From positions 1 to 64,000 of the forward strand of contig CAVPCR010000002.1 in NCBI GenBank assembly GCA_963702435.1: a stretch of 64,000 bases of DNA, in the 5' to 3' direction. This document shows, piece by piece, positions 42,801 to 49,451 of the stretch; position 1 is the stretch's first letter, and each line of letters starts with the position of its first letter. The position numbers and the translations under genes were made by a program. Under the pieces are notes generated by a model that saw only the letters and a list, made by a program, of their open reading frames with translations, was not told where the DNA came from and did no database searches. This DNA is from Candidatus Eiseniibacteriota bacterium (GTDB taxonomy: Bacteria > Eisenbacteria > RBG-16-71-46 > CAVPCR01).

Positions 42801-44715
42801 CGGGCATGGCACCGCGCGGAGTATCACGCTCGCGTGGGCGGCGCCCGCAGCGCCGAGCGATGTGCGCGGGTACGACGTGCTCCGCGCGACGAGCGCCGCC
42901 GGGCCGTTCTCCCGCGTCAACATCTATCCGGCCGCGGGGGCGACGACGTACGAGGATGCGGGGCTCCCGTCCCTCATGCGCTTCTACTACGCGGTGGTCG
43001 CCCGCGACTCCTCGCACAACGCGAGCGTTGCGTCGGCCGTCATCTCGGCGACGACGACTCCCCCCCTCGCCACCGGCTGGCCGATCGAGATGGGTCAGGA
43101 GACATCGGCCGGCATCGCGTGCGACGACCTCGACGGCGACGGCGATCTCGAGATCGTGACCGGCGCCGATGCCGTCTACGCCTGGCATGCCGACGGCACC
43201 GAGTTGCGGGACGGCGACGACCTCCCGAACACGAGCGGCGTCTTCACCACGGACGGCCAGAGCGCGGACTTCGGCTTCCACGCCACGCCGGCGCTCGCCG
43301 ATCTGACCGGAGACGGGGACGTCGAGATCATCGCGGTGGCCTGGACCGAAGCCCAGGTCTTCGTGTGGAACGCCGACGGCTCGCGCGAGCCGGGATGGCC
43401 GCAGCCGATCGGGGGCGACTACAACTGGGCCTCGCCGGCCGTCGGCGATCTCGACCTCGACGGACGGCTCGAGATCGTGGTCGCCTCCGGCTACCAGGGG
43501 AAGGTGTTCGCCTGGCACCACGACGGGACCGAGGTCGCCGACGGCGACGGGAATCCCGCTACACACGGCGTCCTCTTCGCGACGGGCAGCGCGTACCTGT
43601 ACTCGTCGCCGGGGATCGCCAACATCGACGCGGAGTCACGACCCGAGATCGTCATCGGCAGTCAGAGCGCGGACGGCAAGGTCCATGCGATCAAGGTGAA
43701 CGGGCTGCCGGCCGTGGGCTGGCCGGTCGCGACGCACGGTCCGGTGACTGCGAGCCCGACGTTCGCCGATCTGGACGGCGACGGGCGGCACGAGGTGCTC
43801 TTCGCCTCGGAGTCGGATTCGGTCTTCATCATGCGCGGCGACGGCTCGCGCTACCCGGGCTGGCCGCGGCCGGCCTTCACCAACGCGGCGTTCGGCCACA
43901 CGAGCTCGCCGGTGCCCGCCGATCTGGATCAGGACGGACAGCTCGACATCGTGTACGCCGCCAACGACGGGCGGCTCCACGCCTGGCGGCGCACGGGTGA
44001 TCCGCTCCCCGGGTTCGCCGACGTGCGCTTCGCCACGGAAGCGCTCGGCCAGGACGCGACGCAGGCCACCCCCGCGATCGCCGACGTGGACGGCGACGGC
44101 CGGCTCGAGGTCCTCCTCGGCGCCGAGAACGGGCACATCTACGGCTGGAACCACGACGGGAGCGAGCTCGAGGGCTTTCCGATCGCGATCGACGGCGAGG
44201 TGCGGGCCGGGGTCTCGGTATGGGATATCGATCGGGACGGCCTCGTCGAACTGGCGGCGGCGTCCTACGACCGCCGGGTCTATGTCTGGGACCTCCCCGG
44301 CCCGGTCCGCGGCGATCGGATGCCCTGGCCCTTCTTCCGGCACGACATGCGGAACTCCGGCCGCTACGGCGCCGACGTGAACTCGATCGGCGTGGGGGAG
44401 GAGGAAGCCCCGACGGCAGGCGCCGCGGCGCTCGTCCTCTATCCCGCCGTGCCGAACCCGTTCAATCCGGAGACGACGATTCGTTTCCTCGTGCCCGGGG
44501 AGACCAGGGGAGCGCGGCCGGTCCGGCTCCGTATCCTCGACCCCGCGGGGCGCGTCATCCGCACCCTGGCCGACGGATCCTTCGGCACCGGGGAGCAGGC
44601 CGTGCGCTGGGACGGGCGCACCGCGCGGGGGGATCGCGCCGCGAGTGGGGCCTACTTCCTCGACCTCGAGGCGGGAGGGGAGCGCCGGACCGGTAAGGTC
44701 ATCCTCCTCAAGTAG
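39868..44715 (+). CDS. C25 (gingipain-like) cysteine peptidase with Fn3, FG-GAP/VCBS repeats and FlgD/T9SS-like C-terminal domain (start uncertain)
   Basis: Signal peptide; WVLLGGD, PTDLYY, DVFVGRAP, HVGHG, VNCAST, LLGDP; repeated DLDGDGxxEI; PNPFNPETTIRF..SGAYF..GKVILLK. Confidence 0.9.
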   Translation: MAPARRGAGKVMHGMRCPERDHGKGAGTGRRRATLAAFAALSTLAVLVAIPLCAGAAAAAPGAELTIAAAPTARQLTLRFSRDAVVFDGAPAGESVALATGGAGAVDGALLRLVLRVDDDFRADSCRVVARTAADIGREAADLAPAALAGLAGPAATVDGESWLRGRRLVHLTVRPLALDAPNGRLELATELVLELAGRSDPARGLAPRAAPWEAKVEAMLAAAAIDLRREAAAPSDALLGPVVPPATSALWSPTFRPTADGSAVECVIVTPQALAGPFQELAAWKTAKGVQTTVRTLEWIRATYPNGIDQAEQLRFFLADAYEHWGTLWVLLGGDSDQVPVRYATHALNIPPSLVPTDLYYSCLDGNWNLDGDAAFGEGRPPGQTTGGDEADLAPDVFVGRAPVSTAGAAQILVDKLIAYERGAATDARYPASVLLLGERLSPTLDGAAYCEQVRARLPAGLRTARLYENHAAYPGALPETRRVVIDSMNAGFGIVHHVGHGFRNTMSVGDESLQNADIDALVNGARQSVVYAVNCASTAFDYNAIGERFLKNAAGGGVAYIGSSRVAYTGESLPLQNAFYDVVFADSVTAVGAAHALAKVPFIGAAVSETPARWLQFSLVLLGDPETPIWRRGPVPIAAVHAGSFQLGTNAFTVTASAGGAPLAGARVALVKSGEPYTVGTTGANGVASLPYNPSTTGPFTVTVTRPDLRPYSGTSTVTAATSPFLHFVQVTINDDSTPPSIGNGNGAPEAGETLELRIMLKNAGPTAATGVSGTLSVVGDGSPVAITTPTVSYGTLAAQGQSFGAGRFVARILPSAPDAYAPVFRIAIASGQGSFTDTFVLPVRRSLVEHASHVLADPPPLGNGNGAAEAGEAVTYTITAINRGPGRADQVRVTLRVLDRTTGAPHPGVTVTDAAADFGDLTAGSTRAADPLAFTLGGGVAPGALRLELTWRDRYGVIEIARSDLEPPPPVAGLHGHGTARSITLAWAAPAAPSDVRGYDVLRATSAAGPFSRVNIYPAAGATTYEDAGLPSLMRFYYAVVARDSSHNASVASAVISATTTPPLATGWPIEMGQETSAGIACDDLDGDGDLEIVTGADAVYAWHADGTELRDGDDLPNTSGVFTTDGQSADFGFHATPALADLTGDGDVEIIAVAWTEAQVFVWNADGSREPGWPQPIGGDYNWASPAVGDLDLDGRLEIVVASGYQGKVFAWHHDGTEVADGDGNPATHGVLFATGSAYLYSSPGIANIDAESRPEIVIGSQSADGKVHAIKVNGLPAVGWPVATHGPVTASPTFADLDGDGRHEVLFASESDSVFIMRGDGSRYPGWPRPAFTNAAFGHTSSPVPADLDQDGQLDIVYAANDGRLHAWRRTGDPLPGFADVRFATEALGQDATQATPAIADVDGDGRLEVLLGAENGHIYGWNHDGSELEGFPIAIDGEVRAGVSVWDIDRDGLVELAAASYDRRVYVWDLPGPVRGDRMPWPFFRHDMRNSGRYGADVNSIGVGEEEAPTAGAAALVLYPAVPNPFNPETTIRFLVPGETRGARPVRLRILDPAGRVIRTLADGSFGTGEQAVRWDGRTARGDRAASGAYFLDLEAGGERRTGKVILLK

Positions 44716-44840
44716 CGCCGAGGGCGCGCGGAATCCCCCTGGAAGCGATTGCGATAGATAGAATTGAATGCCTTGTTTAGACTGCTTTCGAGAGTCCGGC
44801 GACCATCCCGGGCCGGCCGCCGCCTCGACCAGGTAAGGGG

Positions 44841-44869
44841 TTGACCGGCCATCGGATGACGTCTAGCAT
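44841..44869 (+). promoter_or_regulatory. Sigma-70-type promoter for the TWG-protein array
   Basis: TTGACC-N17-TAGCAT; AT-rich tract further upstream; AGGAGGAGGT RBS at 45031-45040. Confidence 0.65.
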
Positions 44870-45048
44870 TAACCGGGGGCGAGGACGTGCCCCACGGACG
44901 GGCGAAGGGTATCGTCCGCCGCTCTTCCGTCTGACCGCCAGGCGAGAGGGGTGTTCGAGGCGCGGGTCGAAGCCGGACTCCAAGGCCGCGTGGTCCCCGC
45001 GACCGGCGAGGATTTGGCAATCCACATTTGAGGAGGAGGTCGTTCGAA

Positions 45049-45672
45049 ATGCGCGTTGCGTCTGTGTTCATGGCCATCCTCGCGCTCGTCGCGAGCAGCA
45101 CCGCTTTCGCGGGCAACAACCCGCAGGTCACCCTTCCGTTGCACGCCAAGGCCTCGAGCTTCGAGGCGTGTACCGGGCTCGCCCCGGTGGACTGCCTGTC
45201 GAACCGGCCCACGGTGGACGTGAGCGCCGGCACCGTGGCCGTCTTCCTGACCATGATGAACTACGTCGGGGTCGCTGGCGTCCAGACGGCCTTCGACAAT
45301 CCGAACAACTGGACCTTCACCTTCGGTCTCTGGGACTGCCAGGTCGGGCAGCTCAATGCGGTGACCCCGGTAGCGCCCTTCGGCGCGACGTCAGGCTCGA
45401 TCACGACCGCGTTCAACTGCGTGAGCAGCGGAGCCCTCATTCCAGTCGGGCGTATGTTCTTCATCGCGACGACCGGATGCCTCTCGCAGATCCAGTCGAG
45501 CTATCCGTTCGGCATTCACGCCCTCGACTGCGCGGGCGGCATCGACCAGATCACCGACAACGAGCAGGGGCGGCTCGGGAAGATCTGCGTCGGCTCGGGC
45601 GGCGTCGACGCGTGCGACCCGATCTCGCCGGTCAACCCGGCGACCTGGGGGCAGATCAAGGCGGCGTACTAG
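45049..45672 (+). CDS. Secreted 8-Cys protein with C-terminal TWGQIKAAY tail (paralog 1)
   Basis: Signal peptide ..STAFA|G; motifs LPLHA, PVDC, GVQTAF, FGLWDCQ, TAFNC, SSYPFG, RLGKIC shared with neighbours. Confidence 0.9.
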   Translation: MRVASVFMAILALVASSTAFAGNNPQVTLPLHAKASSFEACTGLAPVDCLSNRPTVDVSAGTVAVFLTMMNYVGVAGVQTAFDNPNNWTFTFGLWDCQVGQLNAVTPVAPFGATSGSITTAFNCVSSGALIPVGRMFFIATTGCLSQIQSSYPFGIHALDCAGGIDQITDNEQGRLGKICVGSGGVDACDPISPVNPATWGQIKAAY

Positions 45673-45740
45673 CTCGTCGCGTACAGATCGAGTTTATACA
45701 GCCTGAGCGCGAGGGTTCGCCCTCGCCGGGGCTGCAGGTG

Positions 45741-45780
45741 GATCGGGCGGCTCCCGCAAGGAGCCGCCCGGTCTTGTTTC
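45741..45780 (+). terminator. Intrinsic terminator
   Basis: CGGGCGGCTCC-CGCAA-GGAGCCGCCCG followed by GTCTTGTTTC. Confidence 0.75.
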
Positions 45781-45909
45781 GAGGCGGGTACGGCTGCCGG
45801 GCGAAAGGTGCCCGCGGCGCGACCCGTGTCGCGGGAGCCGGGGCCGCGCTATACTGGCGGCGTACCCGCCCGGCGTGTTCGGTCCGCAGGGCGTACAAGG
45901 AGGCCGCCC

Positions 45910-46280
45910 GTGAACTCCGTGCGTTCATGGAGAGCGTCGATCGCGGCTGTCCTGCCCGTCGACTGCCGGAACGTCTACCCGACGGTTGACGTGAATCCCG
46001 GCCCGACGGTCATCTTCCTCTTCGTCATGAACCACGGCGGGGTTGCGGGCGTGCAGACCGCCTTCGAACCCGCCCCGAGCTGGACCTTCGCGTTCGGACT
46101 CTGGGACTGCCAGCTCGGCCCGCTCTCGATCGTGGTCCCCGCTCCGCCGTTCGGGCCCGGACCGGGAACGAGTATCGCCTGGGGCGGATCTGCGTGGGTC
46201 AGGGCGGCTACGCTTCCTGCTTCGTGATGCCGGCGGTCGAGGCGGCGACCTGGGGGAGCATCAAGGCGCAGTACGACTGA
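45910..46280 (+). pseudogene. Internally deleted, frameshifted paralog 2 of the TWG-tail family
   Basis: AAGGAGG RBS plus GTG; MNSVRSWRASIAAVL joined directly to PVDC..FGLWDCQ..PAPPFGP; other frame gives EYRLGRICVGQGGYASC..ATWGSIKAQYD-stop. Confidence 0.85.
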
Positions 46281-46301
46281 GCAGGGGAGGGCGAGCCGGC
46301 G
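46280..46301 (+). repeat. 22-bp direct repeat, copy 1 (contains GGGGAGGG)
   Basis: AGCAGGGGAGGGCGAGCCGGCG, identical to 47004-47025. Confidence 0.85.
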
Positions 46302-46354
46302 AACCAGCGATCCCGCCGGATCGTGGGGGAGCCGGACAACCGGAGGGTTCTTCC

Positions 46355-47005
46355 ATGAACTCAGTACTCCAACCGAGGACGGCCCTCGTGGCCGGCCTCC
46401 TTGCGACATGCGTGGCGACGGCGGCATCGGCCGGTCTGAACCCGAACTTCACGCTGCCTCTTCATGCCAAGGCGTCGAGCTTCGAGCCGTGCGACGGCTA
46501 CCTGCCAGTCGACTGCGTGAACCATCTGCCGGTCGTCAACATCGCGCCCGGGCCGACCGCGGTGTTCCTCTTCGTCATGAACTACGCCGAGGTGGCCGGG
46601 GTGCAGACCGCTTTCCAGCCGGACGGGAGCTGGATCTTCCTCTTCGGCCTCTGGGATTGCCAGCCCGGGCAGCTGAACGCGGTGATGCCGGCTCCACCGT
46701 TCGGCCCGACCGCCGGTTCGATCGCGACCGCCTTCAACTGCCTGGCCGGTCCGCAGCTCGCCGTGGTCGGGCGGATGTTCTTCTTCCTGAACACGAACGC
46801 CAACGGCTGTCTCGAGCAAGTCCAGTCGAGCTATCCGTTCGGTATCTGCGTCATCGACTGCCAGCTCGCGGTGGATCGGATCCTGTCCGGCCAGGAGGCT
46901 CGACTCGGCAAGGTCTGCATCGGCCCGGGCGGCAACGCCCCCTGCGTGCAGACGACCGCAGTCGAGTCGGCGACCTGGGGGCAGATCAAGGCGCAGTACC
47001 GGTAG
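46355..47005 (+). CDS. Secreted Cys-rich protein with C-terminal TWGQIKAQYR tail (paralog 3)
   Basis: GGAGG RBS, signal peptide ..TAASA|G, same conserved motifs and Cys pattern. Confidence 0.9.
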   Translation: MNSVLQPRTALVAGLLATCVATAASAGLNPNFTLPLHAKASSFEPCDGYLPVDCVNHLPVVNIAPGPTAVFLFVMNYAEVAGVQTAFQPDGSWIFLFGLWDCQPGQLNAVMPAPPFGPTAGSIATAFNCLAGPQLAVVGRMFFFLNTNANGCLEQVQSSYPFGICVIDCQLAVDRILSGQEARLGKVCIGPGGNAPCVQTTAVESATWGQIKAQYR

Positions 47006-47025
47006 CAGGGGAGGGCGAGCCGGCG
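47004..47025 (+). repeat. 22-bp direct repeat, copy 2
   Basis: AGCAGGGGAGGGCGAGCCGGCG at the stop of paralog 3. Confidence 0.85.
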
Positions 47026-47054
47026 GGATCGCTCCGTCTGGCGGGAGGACCGGC

Positions 47055-47696
47055 ATGAGAGCAGGAACTGCGATGCAGGCGATGTCCCTCGCGGTGCTCG
47101 TCTCCACGGCAGCCGCCGCCACCGCCGGCGCCGGTCAGAATGCGTCCTTCCTGCTTCCGCTCCACGCCACGGCGATGACGCAGGGGCCGTGCAGCGCCTA
47201 CCAGCCGGTCGATTGCCTCGGCGTGCAGCCGACCGTGGACGTGAGCCCCGGCACCATCGCCGTCTACCTTCTCGCGTTCAATCACAGCCAGCTCGGCGGC
47301 GTGCAGACAGCCTTCGAGCCCGACCCGAGCTGGACCTTCATCTACGGACTCTGGGACTGCCAGCCCGGCCAGCTGACGGCGGTCGCCCCGGCGCCTCCGT
47401 TCGGGCCCCTCGCGGGATCGATCACGACCGCGTTCAACTGCGTCTACGGCCCGTCCATCGCGCCGATCGGTCGCATGATCTTCTCGGCCACGAGCGGCTG
47501 CTTGACGCAGGTCGCCTCGAGCTACCCCTTCGGGACCCATGTCATCGATTGCGGCTTCGAGGTGGACCAGGCGCAACCCGGCGAGGACTACCGGCTCGGG
47601 AAGATCTGCGTCGGGGGCGGCGGCTATGCGGCGTGCACCGGCGGCGGGCAGATCGACCGGGCGACCTGGGGCGGGATCAAGAGCCAGTACCAGTAG
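47055..47696 (+). CDS. Secreted 8-Cys protein with C-terminal TWGGIKSQYQ tail (paralog 4)
   Basis: GGAGG RBS, signal peptide, same conserved motifs and Cys pattern. Confidence 0.9.
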   Translation: MRAGTAMQAMSLAVLVSTAAAATAGAGQNASFLLPLHATAMTQGPCSAYQPVDCLGVQPTVDVSPGTIAVYLLAFNHSQLGGVQTAFEPDPSWTFIYGLWDCQPGQLTAVAPAPPFGPLAGSITTAFNCVYGPSIAPIGRMIFSATSGCLTQVASSYPFGTHVIDCGFEVDQAQPGEDYRLGKICVGGGGYAACTGGGQIDRATWGGIKSQYQ

Positions 47697-47750
47697 GCGC
47701 CAGGCGCCCTGGAAAGGCGCCGCCGGCCGGGGGAGCCGCTAGCCTACACA

Positions 47751-47778
47751 ACTTGACATAAGATATATTATGCGCCAT
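47751..47778 (-). other. dif: dif site (XerC/XerD chromosome dimer resolution)
   Basis: Minus strand ATGGCGCATAA-TATATC-TTATGTCAAGT versus E. coli dif GGTGCGCATAA-TGTATA-TTATGTTAAAT; intergenic, between convergent genes. Confidence 0.88.
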
Positions 47779-47792
47779 TGAGCCGAGGCCGC

Positions 47793-48371
47793 TCAGGGGC
47801 GGCGGCGGGCCGCCCGGGCGGCGTTGCCGGCCGCAGCAGGCTTCCGGGTTGCGGCTCGGCGTGGCGGCTGCGGGCGCGGGCGCTCGGCCACGACATCCGG
47901 GCGCTGCTCCTCGACCCGCACCTGCTCGATCGCCCCGGCCAGCTCGCGCGCCGCGGCCACGAAGCGCTTGCGGCTTCCGGGGCCGGCGCCCGCAGTCACC
48001 CGGGCGTAGGCCAGGTCGAGGGCGGACTCGACCCGCTCGACCGCGTGCCGGCCGGCGGCGGTCAAGGCGACGACGACGACCCGGCGGTCGTCCGGCGAGC
48101 TCTCCCGCTTCAGGAGCCCGCCCCGGACCAGCGGATCGAGGGCCCGGGTAACGGTGCTCGGAGCGAGCCCGAGCTCCCGCGCCATCATGGTCATCGCCGG
48201 CCGCCCCATGGCCGCCACGGCGAGCAGCGCGTGCGCCTGCGCGCGCGGCAGTCCGGCCTTGGCGGTGGCCGCGGCCTCGAGCTGACCCACGGCCCGCACC
48301 AGGCGCCGGAACGCGCGGACGAGATCATCGGCCGGCCGCTCGGTCGCGCCGGCTCTCCCGCTGGTACTCAT
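47793..48371 (-). CDS. MarR-family transcriptional regulator
   Basis: GLPRAQAHALLAV, MARELGLAPSTVTRALDPLVRGGLL, DDRRVVVVALTAAG. Confidence 0.92.
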   Translation of the reverse strand: MSTSGRAGATERPADDLVRAFRRLVRAVGQLEAAATAKAGLPRAQAHALLAVAAMGRPAMTMMARELGLAPSTVTRALDPLVRGGLLKRESSPDDRRVVVVALTAAGRHAVERVESALDLAYARVTAGAGPGSRKRFVAAARELAGAIEQVRVEEQRPDVVAERPRPQPPRRAATRKPAAAGNAARAARRRP

Positions 48372-48378
48372 GTCCGGG

Positions 48379-48407
48379 ACAATAATTGTACTAGACAAGC
48401 ATTGCAA
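48379..48407 (-). promoter_or_regulatory. Probable leaderless sigma-70 promoter of marR with overlapping palindrome
   Basis: Minus strand TTGCAA-N17-TATTGT ending 7 nt before ATG, no RBS; ACAAT-A-ATTGT covers the -10. Confidence 0.55.
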
Positions 48408-48575
48408 TGGGGAATCGATGCCGGCTGGGCCCGGCGCGGCGAGCGCTGAATCCGTTCGATCCGCCGCGCCGCGCTGACCGGACAGGCGGCGAGCGCACGG
48501 GGCGGCCGCACATGGCAGAGCGGGGGCCGGTGGTCACCGGCCCCCGCTCCCCAGCGGAACCTCGCCACTCCCCCG

Positions 48576-49055
48576 CTAGTCGAACAGGGTCTTGATCTGG
48601 CCCCAGGTGCCCGGGTCCACGGCGACCGCGTCCAGGCGGATCTGACCGCGGATCTCCCCGCCCGGGAACTGGCTCGTGTGGATGTTGATGTAGGACAGCC
48701 CGTTAATGAGGTCGGCCGCCTGCGCTGCGGTCAGCGGGCCGACCGTCAGGTTGATGGGACTGACCGGAGGCGCCGGCGGGATCAGAGAGAAGCGCACTCC
48801 CGCGTTGACCCCCGGCGGGGCCGGGGCATGGATGTGAGACGCCACGACCGGGGCAAGCAGGCCGCTGAAGGTGCAGCTCACATTGAGCATCATCGCGACG
48901 TCCAGCACCAGGGTGGCGGAACCCGTGGCGGGCGAGGCATTGGGAGGAACCTCCTGCAACCCATCGAGTGTCGCCGTGAAGGTCTGCGCGGACGCGACGC
49001 CCGCCCCCAGCACCAAGGCCAGAGCAGCGATCGAGATTCTACCAATGGCGTGCAT
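48576..49055 (-). CDS. Secreted CHRD-domain protein with C-terminal TWGQIKTLFD tail
   Basis: AAGGAG RBS, signal ..GVASA|Q, LDGLQEVPP, SHIH, YINIHTSQFPGGEIRGQI. Confidence 0.92.
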   Translation of the reverse strand: MHAIGRISIAALALVLGAGVASAQTFTATLDGLQEVPPNASPATGSATLVLDVAMMLNVSCTFSGLLAPVVASHIHAPAPPGVNAGVRFSLIPPAPPVSPINLTVGPLTAAQAADLINGLSYINIHTSQFPGGEIRGQIRLDAVAVDPGTWGQIKTLFD

Positions 49056-49451
49056 TGAATGGACTCCTTGCGTGACGTGCGGCACTCTCCAGGGGGGCAG
49101 CGGAGAATGCGCACCGGGACTTGCGACAATGCCAGGCTTGCACGCTAGTATGTCATGTCATTGTCCCACGTCAACCGCAAACAGGCATGGGCGGGGGACG
49201 CCCTCCGGGAAAGCGGGAAGCAAATGCGGGCTCTCCCCTCTCCCTCCTCTTTCTGCTCCTCCTCATCGCATCGCCGGCAGCGATATCGACAGCTCCGAGG
49301 CTCTCGCTCGCTCTTCTCGCTCGAGCAACGAGAGCCCCACCGGCGCCGCGGCCAGCTCGTTGTACTTAACAATCATTGTGGTTACAAAGCGCTAGCGAGA
49401 GATGGCGGCCGCCAACGCCGCGCCGTGACGCGCTGCCGCCGGTGCCCGCGA

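Noticed and set aside
40108..43566. 1152-aa antisense ORF and the many other long Arg/Ala/Pro-rich alternative-frame ORFs across the window
   Set aside because: Shadow ORFs expected in high-GC DNA; they overlap motif-supported genes and have no recognisable motifs.
46280..47025. CRISPR-like or attC-like cassette repeats between the paralogs
   Set aside because: Only two copies, separated by a whole gene; no cas or integron integrase; no attC-type core sites recognised.
45049..47696. Diversity-generating retroelement (relic as template repeat)
   Set aside because: No reverse transcriptase in the window, and differences between copies are not confined to adenines.
47753..47772. TTGACA read as a sigma-70 -35 box
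   Set aside because: Lies between convergent genes with no downstream + gene; the dif match explains the sequence better.
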